Numbered from the whole stretch's first letter, positions 38,235 to 49,046 are shown. The stretch: DNA of 63,942 nucleotides, filler included, from an uncultured Ignavibacteriales bacterium (GCA_964611355.1; 3 parts of 3 records of this genome joined end to end with filler, not necessarily neighbours in it), one strand, 5' to 3'. Notes: generated from the sequence alone by a model not told the origin. Numbers and translations: made by a program.

Positions 38235-40070
38235 TTGGGTAGATTTTCCGAGTTTAAAAGAACCGTCACCTGCGGGGAACTGAGCGACAAGGAGATCGGG
38301 AAAAAAGTTACTCTCAACGGATGGGTACAGGAATACCGCAATCTGGGAGGCATACTTTTTATTGATCTGCGGGATCGCTACGGCGTTACTCAGGTTGTCT
38401 TTCATCCCGAGCATGTTTCCGGGGAAGCCATGGACAGCGCCGCCGCCTGCCGGCACGAATATGTCATCGCGGTCAAAGGCGAGGTCCGCTCCCGACCGGA
38501 AGGCACGGTTAATACAAAAATGAAAACCGGCGCTATCGAGGTCGAGTGTTCGGAAATCGAAATATTATCGGAAGCGGAAACGCCGCCGTTTGAGATCGCC
38601 GACGAAATCAACGCCAGGGAAGACCTGCGTCTTGAATACCGTTATCTTGACCTGCGCCGCAAGCCGCTCCAGGAAAGAATCCGTATCCGCCACGAAGCCG
38701 CCATGGCCGTGCGCGAGTATTTGACAAGTCGCGGCTTTTACGAAATCGAAACGCCGATGCTTATCCGTTCCACACCGGAAGGCGCGCGCGATTACGTCGT
38801 CCCCAGCCGGGTGCAACCGGGAAGATTCTACGCTCTGCCGCAGTCGCCGCAGCTTTTGAAACAGATTTTGATGATATCCGGATTCGACCGATATTTCCAA
38901 CTGGCCCGCTGCCTGCGCGATGAAGACCTGCGTACAGACCGCCAGCCGGAACATACCCAGATCGACATGGAAATGTCGTTTGTCACGCCGGAAGACGTCT
39001 TCGAGGTCGCCGAAGGAATGCTGGCTTACCTCTGGGAAAAGGTTCTTGGAATCAGGATTACCACCCCTTTCCCGCGTTATACGTACCGTGAGGTAATGAA
39101 CCGCTGGGGTATCGATAAGCCGGATGTTCGTTTCGATATGGAGATTGTCGATTTATCGGACGAGGTGGCCGGATGCGGATTTAAGATATTTACCTCCACC
39201 CTCGAAAAGGGCGGATGCGTGAAAGCGATAATATTTCCCGGCGGCGCCAACCTGTCCCGCAGGCAGATTGGCGATCTCGAAAATCTGGCAAAAGAGCATG
39301 GCGCCGGGGGGCTGGCCTGCCTGCTGCGCACCAAAGATGACGAAATCAAAGGCCCCGTTCTGAAATTCATCGGTCAGGACATGGCGCGGAAAATCCTTGC
39401 GAAAACCAAAGCCAACCCGGGCGATGCGGTACTTATCATCGCCGACAGGCCGCTTAAAACCGAATCGATTCTTGGTCAACTGCGCCTTCATCTGGGCAAA
39501 ACCGGCGGATTGATTGATACCTCGCGCTGGGGATTTCTCTGGGTGACCCGTTTTCCGCTTTTTGAATATGACGAAGAGACCGGCGCCTTTAACGCCATGC
39601 ATAATATCGTTTCCAGCCCGTGCGAAGAGGACCTCGATCTGCTGGAGGAGGGATTCGCCACAGATTTGAAACCTTCCGATCCCGGTCACCCCTGGCAAAG
39701 AGTTCGGGCCGAACAGTATGATTTGGTCCTAAACGGCAGCGAAATCGCCTCCGGCGGCATTCGTATCCATAAAAGCGAACTGCAGAAAAAGGTTCTCAAT
39801 ATCCTTGGTTTATCGGATGAACGGGCCGAAAAGATGTTCGGTTTTCTTCTGCGTGCGCTCAAGTACGGCGCTCCGCCGCACGGCGGCCTGGCGCCCGGTT
39901 TTGATCGCATCGTCGCTTTGATGACCGGCACCGACTTGATTCGCGAAGTTATCGCCTTTCCCAAAACGACCAACGCCTCCTCGCTTATGGATGGCGCTCC
40001 ATCGGAGATCGAACCGGAGCAGTTAAACGAACTGGGGCTTTCAATCGTAAAAAAATCGGAAACTCCATGA
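38235..40070 (+). CDS. aspS: Aspartyl-tRNA synthetase
   Basis: FIDLRD, STPEGARD, LPQSPQ, GAPPHGG...DR; TTG start after GGAG. Confidence 0.97.
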   Translation: MGRFSEFKRTVTCGELSDKEIGKKVTLNGWVQEYRNLGGILFIDLRDRYGVTQVVFHPEHVSGEAMDSAAACRHEYVIAVKGEVRSRPEGTVNTKMKTGAIEVECSEIEILSEAETPPFEIADEINAREDLRLEYRYLDLRRKPLQERIRIRHEAAMAVREYLTSRGFYEIETPMLIRSTPEGARDYVVPSRVQPGRFYALPQSPQLLKQILMISGFDRYFQLARCLRDEDLRTDRQPEHTQIDMEMSFVTPEDVFEVAEGMLAYLWEKVLGIRITTPFPRYTYREVMNRWGIDKPDVRFDMEIVDLSDEVAGCGFKIFTSTLEKGGCVKAIIFPGGANLSRRQIGDLENLAKEHGAGGLACLLRTKDDEIKGPVLKFIGQDMARKILAKTKANPGDAVLIIADRPLKTESILGQLRLHLGKTGGLIDTSRWGFLWVTRFPLFEYDEETGAFNAMHNIVSSPCEEDLDLLEEGFATDLKPSDPGHPWQRVRAEQYDLVLNGSEIASGGIRIHKSELQKKVLNILGLSDERAEKMFGFLLRALKYGAPPHGGLAPGFDRIVALMTGTDLIREVIAFPKTTNASSLMDGAPSEIEPEQLNELGLSIVKKSETP

Positions 40071-41077
40071 CCCTGACAGGCACAAACATAACGCGCACAT
40101 TCGACCTTCATGACGTCGATCAGCGGGCTCTCTTCGGACAGAGCAATATCAACATCCGCCTGATCGAGTCCCAATTCGATGTCAAGATTGTTGCCCGCGG
40201 TGACGCGATTATCCTGGAAGGCGACAAGCAGGAAGTGGAAAACGTTATTCGCCTGCTGGGAGATATAATTACCCGGATCAATCTCGGCCATGAAATATCG
40301 GAGCAATACCTGTCATACGCCATCAGCATGGTCAAGGAGGAAGGACACGGGCCGGCTGATATTCTAAACGAGAAAGTCAACGGGCGGGCGCCGTTGTTTG
40401 TACCCAAGACCGTGGGACAAAAGGATTACCTTGAAGCTATAGATACACACGACATCGTCTTCTCCATCGGGCCGGCCGGAACCGGTAAGACCTTTCTGGC
40501 TGTGGGCCGGGCAGTTGCCGATTTGAAGGCCAAACGCAGGAAAAGAGTTATCCTGGTCAGGCCCGCGGTCGAAGCAGGCGAGACTCTCGGTTTTCTCCCG
40601 GGCGATATAAAGGCCAAGGTTGATCCGTACCTGAGGCCGGTTTACGACGCTTTGCACGAACTGATGCCGGCCGATAAAATTTCCAGGATGATCGAGTTGG
40701 GAATAATCGAGATCTGCCCGCTGGCGTTTATGCGCGGCCGGACTCTGAATAACTCGTTCGTAATCCTGGATGAAGCTCAAAACACTACCGTCGCCCAAAT
40801 GAAAATGTTTCTCACCCGCCTGGGAGAAGGTTCCAAGGCGGTCGTTACCGGCGATATCACCCAGATTGATTTGGACGGGAATACCGCCTCGGGGCTGGTC
40901 AAAATCCAGCAAATCCTGACCGGTTTAAGGGAAATCAAGTTTGTCTATTTGTCCGATAAGGATGTTGTGCGGCACCGTTTGGTTCAGGATATCATCAAGG
41001 CCTATGAACGTTACGAAAGCCGGATCGGCGGAAAAAGCGGAAAAGGCCGAGGGAAAGGGGGCCGGAAGGCGAAGTAA
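40067..41077 (+). CDS. phoH: PhoH-family ATPase
   Basis: GPAGTGKT, LGFLPGD, MRGRTL, DEAQN. Confidence 0.93.
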   Translation: MTLTGTNITRTFDLHDVDQRALFGQSNINIRLIESQFDVKIVARGDAIILEGDKQEVENVIRLLGDIITRINLGHEISEQYLSYAISMVKEEGHGPADILNEKVNGRAPLFVPKTVGQKDYLEAIDTHDIVFSIGPAGTGKTFLAVGRAVADLKAKRRKRVILVRPAVEAGETLGFLPGDIKAKVDPYLRPVYDALHELMPADKISRMIELGIIEICPLAFMRGRTLNNSFVILDEAQNTTVAQMKMFLTRLGEGSKAVVTGDITQIDLDGNTASGLVKIQQILTGLREIKFVYLSDKDVVRHRLVQDIIKAYERYESRIGGKSGKGRGKGGRKAK

Positions 41078-41082
41078 AAGGT

Positions 41083-43323
41083 ATGCTCAAGCCGCTTCTA
41101 AAAATAAAAAGGACGATCAAACGCCTGCTGAAGATCAAAGAGGATATCGACCCGGTCGCTTCCCGCAAACGCAGCCGCATCCTAATAAAGTACCTGATGG
41201 CCGTTGCCGGCGTGGTTTTGATTACTCTCCTTTACCCCAGGGCCGACCTGTTTGGACCTCTGGATGTTCCCCGCGAAGGAGAGATTGCCACCCAGAATAT
41301 CATCGCTGATTTTCCCTTTAATATACTTAAAAAGCGGTCGGAACTGGATGAAGAACGGCAACTGGCTTTCCTCAGCACCCCGCTTTATATCAACCATAAC
41401 GATGAGATTGCACAAAACGCCCGTACGAATTTCAAGCGCTTTCTAAAAGACATCGATTCCCTGCGAACGAATAAAGATAAAGAACCTGTCGACAGTATGG
41501 CCGAACATCTCAAAGAAAAATACCCGATGATATCCCCTGATTGGCTCAAACGAGCAATCCGTGCCGATTCACTGAACGAAATAGCGCGTGAACTCGATTC
41601 TATTCTTAACGACTACATTTATTATTACGGGGTGCTAAATGATCTTTCCCCGCTGCCGCCGCCGGAGTTTAACTCTATCGTCGTCCGGAAAAAACGCCGG
41701 GAACTGCTCATGGTACGCAATCAACTGATAGACCGGCAGCGCGCCTATAATATACTCCTGGATAAATTGAACGACTTGGATTCCCGGATTGATATAGACG
41801 TCGAACTTTACTATGAAATCGGCCGCCATTTTATCCTTCCCAATGCGACTTATAACAAAGAGGTAACCGAAGCGGCCCGCGACAGCGCCGTGGCGACGAT
41901 TTCCAGCGTCGAAACGGAAGTCACCGCCGGGGATCTGCTCATCACGCGGGGCACGAGAGTTGACGGCGCCAGGGCCCGCCTCCTACAGACCTACGCCGGG
42001 AAAATGCAAAAACTGGCCGCCGCCAGAGGCTGGCCACAAGCCGCTTTGCCCGTCCTCGGCCGCCTGATACTGATAGGAACATTTATACTGCTTATTCTTA
42101 TGTTTCTATACAATTTCCGCCCGGATATTTACTGGTCCAACAACAAGCTTTTTGCCCTGTTTATTATCATTGGATTGGAGCTGTTCCTTGTTAATTTTGT
42201 CGCCGTCCAATTGGTGCACACCGTTTACCTTTATCCGGTTGCCATTTTGTCGATTCTTGTCACGATTCTTTTCGACGCCCGCCTCGGGGTAGTCATGACT
42301 TTACTGATAGCGCTCCTTCTGGGGATTTTGAGCCGGTTTAACTTTACCATTACCCTGATTACGGCAGTGGCGGGAAGCGTCGCCTGTTTCTCGGCCGGTG
42401 AAATACGCCGGAGAAGTGAATTCTACCGTATTATCATTTTTTTATCACTGGCGTATGTTGTTATCGCCTTTGTCGTGGAATCGCTCAAACTCTCGCCCGC
42501 CGGGGACGTGCTTACCTTCTGCGGCTACGGTCTGGTCAACGGTTTCGTCTCACCGATCCTGACAATCGGAATCCTGCCGATATTCGAATCGCTTTTCGGC
42601 TTTTCGACCAATATTACCCTGCTGGAACTGGCCGATCTCAATCAGCCTTTGCTTAAACGCCTGTCAATGGAAGCTCCGGGTACTTATCACCATTCCATCA
42701 TCGTCGGTACGCTGGCCGAGGCCGCAGCCAAAGAAATCGGGGCCAATCCGCTTCTGGCGCGGGTCGGGGCATACTATCACGACATCGGCAAAGTTGAAAT
42801 CCCCGAATACTTTGTAGAAAACCAGTTGGGAATAAAATCGAAGCACGAATCGCTCAACCCTACTATGTCGGCACTGGTGCTGGCTTCGCACGTCAAGAGA
42901 GGGCAGCGCCTCGGCGAAGAGGCCGGCTTGCCGGACAGCGTCATTAACTTCATTAAAGAACACCACGGCACAACCAGGATGACCTATTTTTATAATAAAG
43001 CCAAGGAAATGGGCCTGCCGATCAACTCTGAAGATGAATTCCGTTATCCGGGACCAAAACCCCAGTCAAAAGAAACGGCCATCCTCATGCTGGCCGACTC
43101 TACCGAAGCCGCCAGCCGAACCCTGGATAACCCTACCTCGACAAGGATCCGAAGCCTGATTCAAAAAATTATAAATGATAAATTCAGTTCCGGCGAGCTA
43201 ACCCAGTGCGATCTGACTCTCAAAGACCTTAACGATATCAGGGAAGCTTTTGCCTTAATTCTAATTGGCGTCTTCCATCAGAGGGTAGCCTATCCCAAAG
43301 AGGAGGGAAAAGAAGTAACGTAA
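41083..43323 (+). CDS. 7TM HDIG-domain phosphohydrolase (PgpH-like)
   Basis: Large extracytoplasmic domain, TM bundle, APGTYHHS, YYHDIGK, EHHGT, YPGPKP. Confidence 0.9.
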   Translation: MLKPLLKIKRTIKRLLKIKEDIDPVASRKRSRILIKYLMAVAGVVLITLLYPRADLFGPLDVPREGEIATQNIIADFPFNILKKRSELDEERQLAFLSTPLYINHNDEIAQNARTNFKRFLKDIDSLRTNKDKEPVDSMAEHLKEKYPMISPDWLKRAIRADSLNEIARELDSILNDYIYYYGVLNDLSPLPPPEFNSIVVRKKRRELLMVRNQLIDRQRAYNILLDKLNDLDSRIDIDVELYYEIGRHFILPNATYNKEVTEAARDSAVATISSVETEVTAGDLLITRGTRVDGARARLLQTYAGKMQKLAAARGWPQAALPVLGRLILIGTFILLILMFLYNFRPDIYWSNNKLFALFIIIGLELFLVNFVAVQLVHTVYLYPVAILSILVTILFDARLGVVMTLLIALLLGILSRFNFTITLITAVAGSVACFSAGEIRRRSEFYRIIIFLSLAYVVIAFVVESLKLSPAGDVLTFCGYGLVNGFVSPILTIGILPIFESLFGFSTNITLLELADLNQPLLKRLSMEAPGTYHHSIIVGTLAEAAAKEIGANPLLARVGAYYHDIGKVEIPEYFVENQLGIKSKHESLNPTMSALVLASHVKRGQRLGEEAGLPDSVINFIKEHHGTTRMTYFYNKAKEMGLPINSEDEFRYPGPKPQSKETAILMLADSTEAASRTLDNPTSTRIRSLIQKIINDKFSSGELTQCDLTLKDLNDIREAFALILIGVFHQRVAYPKEEGKEVT

Positions 43324-43742
43324 TGGACGAAAGCCGATTATTCTCCGGTCAGCGCGGCCGACTTCCCCGCCGGAAAGCGATCGCACTGGCCGATATGATC
43401 TTGAAAGGCGAAAAACGGAAACTGCCGGTAAATATCGTTTTTTCCGACGACAGGCACCTGAGAAAGCTCAACTACAGATTTCGAGGGAAAAGACATCCCA
43501 CCGACGTACTCGCTTTCCCCACCGATCCTGACCTTTATATTCTCGGAGAAATCTATATTTCGATCGATGCCGCGCGACGACAGGCCAGGGAGTATAAGGT
43601 AACCATTGGTGAGGAAATACTGAGACTCGTCTGCCATGGGACGCTTCACCTCTGCGGTTACAACCATCACCGCCCAACCGACACTGCCCGCATGAGAAAA
43701 CGCGAAAATCATTACCTGTCCGGGTTTGCCAAAAATGTTTGA
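43323..43742 (+). CDS. ybeY: rRNA maturation RNase YbeY
   Basis: PTDVL, HGTLHLCGYNH. Confidence 0.93.
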   Translation: MDESRLFSGQRGRLPRRKAIALADMILKGEKRKLPVNIVFSDDRHLRKLNYRFRGKRHPTDVLAFPTDPDLYILGEIYISIDAARRQAREYKVTIGEEILRLVCHGTLHLCGYNHHRPTDTARMRKRENHYLSGFAKNV

Positions 43743-45003
43743 ACTGGCAATATATTTGGCGATAGCGGCAATACTGCTTCTTATCGGATACGTTGTTTCT
43801 GTCCTTTCCAATGCCGTTTATATCGACCCGGAAGAGATTGGGACGATCTTTCCGGAGCTGTCGGAAGGCCGAAAACGGCAACTGGAAAAATTCACTTCTG
43901 ATCCCCGGGCCATCTTTCAGGTAGCTTTTCTGGTAAGGATAACATCAGCCATCGGGCTTGGCATTCTTGCCCAGATAAGCGCTCAACAGATTACAAAATT
44001 TGGAATTTTGCCTGTTCCGACCGTATATATCATGGCGTTTGCTCTCTTCTGGGGAGCCGCAATTACAATGTTTGTTTTTCTGCCGCGCCGAATCCCGCAT
44101 CAAAAGGCGAGAAGGCGACTGATACGTTTTCTCCCACTCATCAACCTGATACACCGCCTTAGTTCACCCGCCGCGACCGTCATGAAAAAAATCTCCTCAC
44201 CCAGAGAAACCAAAGAGATACCCGAAGATCAAAAGGATGACATCGTGGAAAGGGCGATCGAAACCCTGGCTGAGTCGGCCGGAATAGCAACTCCCATAAT
44301 CGAGGAAGATGAAAAGGAGATGATCCACCAGATCTTCCAACTCGATGTTACCAAGGTTGAGGAAATCATGATCCCTCGAGTTAATATAATCGCTTTTGAG
44401 GAAAACACCGGTCTCGACACAATCCGGGAAACAACCAAACAATACGGCTATTCCCGTTATCCCGTTTACCACGAAACGATTGACAATATCCTCGGCATCC
44501 TAAAAGTCAAAGACCTTCTTCAGCTAAGGGAAAGACAACAGGAGGATTTCAAACTGACCGACCATGTGCGAGAACCGGTACGCGTCGGTAAACACAGAAA
44601 AATCGACCAGCTTCTGGCCGAATTCAAAAGGGCCAAGACCCATATGGCGATTGTGCTGGATGAATTCGGCGGCACCGCCGGACTGGTAACCCTTGAGGAT
44701 ATCCTGGAAGAGATCGTCGGCGATATCCACGATGAAGACGATACCGGAGAAGAACCGGATATTATCCGGCTCGACGACGGGAATCTCGAAGTCACCGGGT
44801 CATGCCCGTTGGAAGATCTGGTAGAAAAGCTGGGTTTTGAACTGGAGCAGGAAGAGTTTGAAACCGTGGGCGGCCTGATCTACGATCTGGTTGGTTCGGT
44901 GCCGATTGAAGGAACCACCCTCTCGTGGAAAAACAGAAAAATCAAAGTCCTCAAGGTAGATGGCCAACGTATCAAAAAAGTACTGGTTATTCCCATAACC
45001 TGA
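43735..45003 (+). CDS. CNNM/CBS/CorC family Mg2+ transport protein
   Basis: TM region, CBS pair (YSRYPV, DEFGG, TLEDILEEIVG), CorC domain. Confidence 0.9.
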   Translation: MFELAIYLAIAAILLLIGYVVSVLSNAVYIDPEEIGTIFPELSEGRKRQLEKFTSDPRAIFQVAFLVRITSAIGLGILAQISAQQITKFGILPVPTVYIMAFALFWGAAITMFVFLPRRIPHQKARRRLIRFLPLINLIHRLSSPAATVMKKISSPRETKEIPEDQKDDIVERAIETLAESAGIATPIIEEDEKEMIHQIFQLDVTKVEEIMIPRVNIIAFEENTGLDTIRETTKQYGYSRYPVYHETIDNILGILKVKDLLQLRERQQEDFKLTDHVREPVRVGKHRKIDQLLAEFKRAKTHMAIVLDEFGGTAGLVTLEDILEEIVGDIHDEDDTGEEPDIIRLDDGNLEVTGSCPLEDLVEKLGFELEQEEFETVGGLIYDLVGSVPIEGTTLSWKNRKIKVLKVDGQRIKKVLVIPIT

Positions 45004-45189
45004 GCGTCTGAAGCGACAGTATCAGAGGCTAAAGCGAAAAATAATACAACTTAAAGGGACTGACGAGCGTAGAAGGTATGGTAATGATTCTGGAACTGTC
45101 GAGGGAACGGATAGTAGAATGTTAGTGTAATATTGGCTTGAATAGATATTTGGGCAATACTAAAAAGTAATAAAAATATAGGGAATAGC

Positions 45190-45218
45190 TTGACAAAAGG
45201 ACAATTTTTGTTTATTAT
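45190..45218 (+). promoter_or_regulatory. Sigma70-type promoter of degP-sigma
   Basis: TTGACA-N17-TATTAT. Confidence 0.6.
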
Positions 45219-45249
45219 ATATGGTTTTCCGGTTTTTGGAGGATAATAC

Positions 45250-46755
45250 TTGGGCTCGACAATAAATGGCCGCAGTCGGCGTTTTCTATCTTCTCTTCTC
45301 TTTGCCGTTTTATTCATATTGGTCGGCGTAATCATAGCCTCCATGCTTGATCTTCCCGCAACCCCTGTGGCCGGGGAACGTCCTAATCCCATCGAAAGCG
45401 CCACGCTGACTGATCGGCCGGAGGATTTTTCAACACCGTTTATCAGGGTAGTGGCTATGGCCCGGGATGCCGTGGTGAATATAACCGCCGAATCGGAAGG
45501 CAGTTATCGAGGAACCCGTCTTGACGAATATTTCCGTTTTTTCGGGCTTGGTCGTCCCATGACGCAGCGTTCATACGGCACTGGCTTTATCTTTCGGAAA
45601 GACGGTTATATCTTGACCAATAACCACGTCATCAGCGGCGCCGAAAGGGTACAAGTAACCCTGTCGGATGACGAATCTTACTGGGCCAAAGTAGTCGGCA
45701 CCGACCCGGCTACCGATTTGGGCGTGCTGAAATTCGAACCAAAGGGAGATGTGCCGATTATCCCTTTCGGGCATTCGGATGAACTGCAGATCGGCGAGTG
45801 GGTCGTAGCTATCGGCAACCCGTTCCCGCAGCAAGGACTGGACAGAACCGTCACCGCCGGGGTAGTTTCGGCCAAAGGGAGGAAAAACCTTCGTTTTGCT
45901 GACGGCAACGTGATATACCAGAATTACATACAGACCGACGCCTCGATCAACCCCGGCAATTCCGGAGGGCCACTTCTCAATCTCCAGGGTGAAGTAATTG
46001 GAATTAACGCCGCCATATCCTCACCAACCGGCGGTTCGGTTGGAATAGGCTTTGCTATCCCGATCGATTTTGCCCGGGCCGTTGTCCCGGACCTGATCGC
46101 CCATGGAGAAGTCTCCCGCGGATGGCTGGGAGTGTCCGATATTCGCGATGTGCCCAGGGAAGTATTGGAGGAATCGCATCTTTCGACGTCCGCTATTACG
46201 TTTGACAAGGTTTTGCGCGGTTCTCCGGCGGCTGCCGCCGGGCTGAAACCACTTGATATAATATACGTATATGACGGCAAAACATTCGAAGACGCCAATG
46301 ATTTCCGTTTCCTGGTGGCCACCACGTCGATCAACAAAAAGATTGAACTGAAACTTATGCGTAGCGGCAAACCCATGACGATCAACGTCGGCATTGGCGA
46401 CCGTTCGGAGGCTCTTCGCGCCATGCAGTCGCCACGGCAGCTTCCCTATTCGGACGAATACTGGCTGGGAATGGAGGTTTCCGAATGCACGCCGGAACTG
46501 GCTTATCGACTGGGGGTCGATTGTCATGCGTCGGGCGGGGTTATTGTTACCAATGTGATTCCCGGGTCACCGGCATATAACAGAAATGTCATGCCCGGCG
46601 TAATTATTGTTGAAATAGATAAGTATAAAATAAAAGACCTGAGCGATTACCGCGAGGCGGTAGTCAACATGAAAAACAGAAAGAAATCGATCTCGTTTAT
46701 CATCTATGATACTGAGGGGAATACCCGATGGGTTGGCATCGACCCGCGCGGTTGA
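45250..46755 (+). CDS. HtrA/DegP serine protease with two PDZ domains
   Basis: TNNHV, D, GNSGGPL; GGAGG RBS. Confidence 0.95.
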   Translation: MGSTINGRSRRFLSSLLFAVLFILVGVIIASMLDLPATPVAGERPNPIESATLTDRPEDFSTPFIRVVAMARDAVVNITAESEGSYRGTRLDEYFRFFGLGRPMTQRSYGTGFIFRKDGYILTNNHVISGAERVQVTLSDDESYWAKVVGTDPATDLGVLKFEPKGDVPIIPFGHSDELQIGEWVVAIGNPFPQQGLDRTVTAGVVSAKGRKNLRFADGNVIYQNYIQTDASINPGNSGGPLLNLQGEVIGINAAISSPTGGSVGIGFAIPIDFARAVVPDLIAHGEVSRGWLGVSDIRDVPREVLEESHLSTSAITFDKVLRGSPAAAAGLKPLDIIYVYDGKTFEDANDFRFLVATTSINKKIELKLMRSGKPMTINVGIGDRSEALRAMQSPRQLPYSDEYWLGMEVSECTPELAYRLGVDCHASGGVIVTNVIPGSPAYNRNVMPGVIIVEIDKYKIKDLSDYREAVVNMKNRKKSISFIIYDTEGNTRWVGIDPRG

Positions 46756-46799
46756 TTCCCACGTTGTTTTTGATAGATAAAGGAGGACGCAAAGGGTAA

Positions 46800-47654
46800 G
46801 TGGCTAAACAGTCAAGACGGTATCGGGACGAGGATCGTTCCCTCGACCTGTATCTCCGTGAAATAGGTGCAACGCCTCTCATTGACGCCAAGGAAGAAGT
46901 AAGACTGGCCCGACTTATCCGTCAGGGCGATCAGAGTGCTTTGGAACAGTTGACCAAGGCTAATCTGCGCTTTGTCGTCAGCGTGGCCAAAAACTACCAA
47001 AATCAAGGTCTCTCCCTGGCTGATCTGATAAATGAGGGAAACATCGGCCTGATCAAGGCCGCGAAAAGGTTTGATGAGACCCGCGGCTTTAAGTTTATCT
47101 CATATGCCGTCTGGTGGATTCGGCAGGCGATTTTACAGGCTCTTGCAGAACAGAGCCGTATCGTTCGCCTTCCGCTCAACCGGGTCGGCACTCTGCACAA
47201 GATCGGAAAAATCTCCTCCTCCCTTGAACAGACTTACGGACGAATCCCGTCACCCGACGAGATCGCCAAGGAGCTGGAGCTTTCCGAAAGCGAGGTGTCT
47301 GATACGCTGAAAATCTCCAACTCACATCTTTCGCTGGATCAGCCCTTTTCCGTATCAGAGGACAATTCCCTGATTGATATCCTCGAGGATGAATTTCAGC
47401 CGGGCCCGGATGAGGCCCTTCTGGATATGTCCCTTCGGCTGGAGATAGAAAAGGCGCTCGACACGCTGACGCTTCGCGAGGCCGAGGTTATCAATCTTTA
47501 CTTTGGCCTGCGCGCCGAAAAAGCCCTGACGCTGGAAGAGATCGGCGCCCGCTTCAGCCTGACCCGCGAACGGGTTCGTCAGATCAAGGAAAAGGCTATT
47601 CGTCGTCTTCGTCACGCTTCCCGCAGCCGATCGCTTCGAGCCTATCTCAGTTAG
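46800..47654 (+). CDS. RpoD/SigA-family sigma factor (short form lacking region 1.1)
   Basis: [31 protein letters not shown]. Confidence 0.93.
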   Translation: MAKQSRRYRDEDRSLDLYLREIGATPLIDAKEEVRLARLIRQGDQSALEQLTKANLRFVVSVAKNYQNQGLSLADLINEGNIGLIKAAKRFDETRGFKFISYAVWWIRQAILQALAEQSRIVRLPLNRVGTLHKIGKISSSLEQTYGRIPSPDEIAKELELSESEVSDTLKISNSHLSLDQPFSVSEDNSLIDILEDEFQPGPDEALLDMSLRLEIEKALDTLTLREAEVINLYFGLRAEKALTLEEIGARFSLTRERVRQIKEKAIRRLRHASRSRSLRAYLS

Positions 47655-47693
47655 GAGATAGTAACCGGGAAAGAGATATCACGTTTTTTCTAC

Positions 47694-47721
47694 AAGCCCC
47701 GCTCGATGCGGGGCTTCTTTT
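47694..47721 (+). terminator. Intrinsic terminator after the sigma gene
   Basis: AAGCCCCGC/GCGGGGCTT stem then CTTTT. Confidence 0.8.
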
Positions 47722-47862
47722 ATGCCATGACATTATTATTAAACATCAACATAAATTAAACATCCGGGTTTGTATTCCGAATAGGGGCTTGCGCGTCCAA
47801 AATATCGCATTATATTGACGAATGCTTTGAACTTTTTTGTTTCGAAATTGTTATATTAGATG

Positions 47863-47998
47863 GAAAAGGTGTCCTATAAATCCCACTGGGCCATAAGCCC
47901 CTCATGGCCCACCGTCGGGCGCAGCTTGTACATGCAACATGAAAACCCGACGTACGGCGGTCGCTAGCCTCCCCCCCTGCCTGCGACCGCCTTCTTTT
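47863..47998 (+). ncRNA. Candidate three-hairpin small RNA with C-rich loops
   Basis: TGnTATATT promoter, three GC-rich stems, terminal U-tract; family not recognised. Confidence 0.55.
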
Positions 47999-48105
47999 AA
48001 TGCAACCCCGCATTGTTTCTTCTCTCACAAATGTCCTTGTTCATCATTTTTTATCCGGGAATAAAGCCATTGACCGCGGTCCGCACAGGTCATATCATGA
48101 CATAA

Positions 48106-48996
48106 ATGAGTCGGACTTTCCTTTACCTTTCGCTGGCGGTCGCCACCGTAGCGGTAAGTTGGGCGGCTATTTTTATCAGGATGGCCGACGCCGATCCGAT
48201 ATCGATCGCCTTTTATCGCATGGCTTTCTCCACCCTGCTTTTTGCTCCGTTTGCCGCAGGAGGAATAACGGAAAGCCTGCGCCGCCTGTCCCGTCTTGAT
48301 CTCGCAATGCTTACCGGTTCGGGAATTGCCCTGGCGCTTCATTTCGCCTTCTGGATAGCGTCGCTTTTTTACACTACCGTCTCCAACTCAGTTATCCTCG
48401 TCTCCACGCAACCCTTCTTTATCGCCGTAATAGAGGGTCTTATCTGGAAGGAAAAAATCTCATCCCGGGCGATCCGGGGGATGATTCTGGCTTTTGCGGG
48501 AATGGTTATCATTTCGCAGGCCGACTTTCGGCTTGAAGGCAATCATCTGCTGGGCGATATCCTGGCGCTTATTGGCGCCTTTTGCGCCGGAGCCTATCTT
48601 TTGCTTGGCAGAAAACTACGCCAAAAGCTGAATAACAGGCATTATGTTTTCCCGGTTCACCTGATCGCTGCGCTAACCCTTTTGATAATCGTCCTCTTCT
48701 TCGGCTCACCCCTGACCGGCTTTCCGCAAAGGACCTGGATTTTGTTTTTCCTTTTAGCGCTGATTCCAACTGTAATAGGACACAATTTATATAACTATCT
48801 TCTCAAATTCATCCGCGCCCATCTGGTAGCAATAACGATTCTGGGCGAACCGATCGGCGCCACGATTCTGGCGGCGCTGATATTTGCCGAATATCCGCCG
48901 ATACCGACCTATATCGGAGGCGGTTTGATTATAACGGGTATCCTTCTGGCGCTGGCCATAACGAAAAGAGATGTTGTCGCTGCCGAAACCGCTTGA
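48106..48996 (+). CDS. DMT/EamA family transporter
   Basis: About 10 TM helices in two EamA repeats. Confidence 0.9.
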   Translation: MSRTFLYLSLAVATVAVSWAAIFIRMADADPISIAFYRMAFSTLLFAPFAAGGITESLRRLSRLDLAMLTGSGIALALHFAFWIASLFYTTVSNSVILVSTQPFFIAVIEGLIWKEKISSRAIRGMILAFAGMVIISQADFRLEGNHLLGDILALIGAFCAGAYLLLGRKLRQKLNNRHYVFPVHLIAALTLLIIVLFFGSPLTGFPQRTWILFFLLALIPTVIGHNLYNYLLKFIRAHLVAITILGEPIGATILAALIFAEYPPIPTYIGGGLIITGILLALAITKRDVVAAETA

Positions 48997-49046
48997 TTTT
49001 TCCGATCTGTGTCATAAATTACCAAGTCTGAATGCGTGAGTAAAAT

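Noticed and set aside
45051..45404. 117-aa minus-strand ORF and many other antisense ORFs in the track
   Set aside because: Shadow frames of real genes with no recognisable motifs.
47860..47967. 35-codon ORF MEKVSYKSHW... overlapping the sRNA candidate
   Set aside because: The ATG is only 2 nt after the -10 box, likely upstream of the TSS, and has no RBS.
47863..47998. 6S RNA call
   Set aside because: Folds as three local hairpins, not a long rod with a central bubble.
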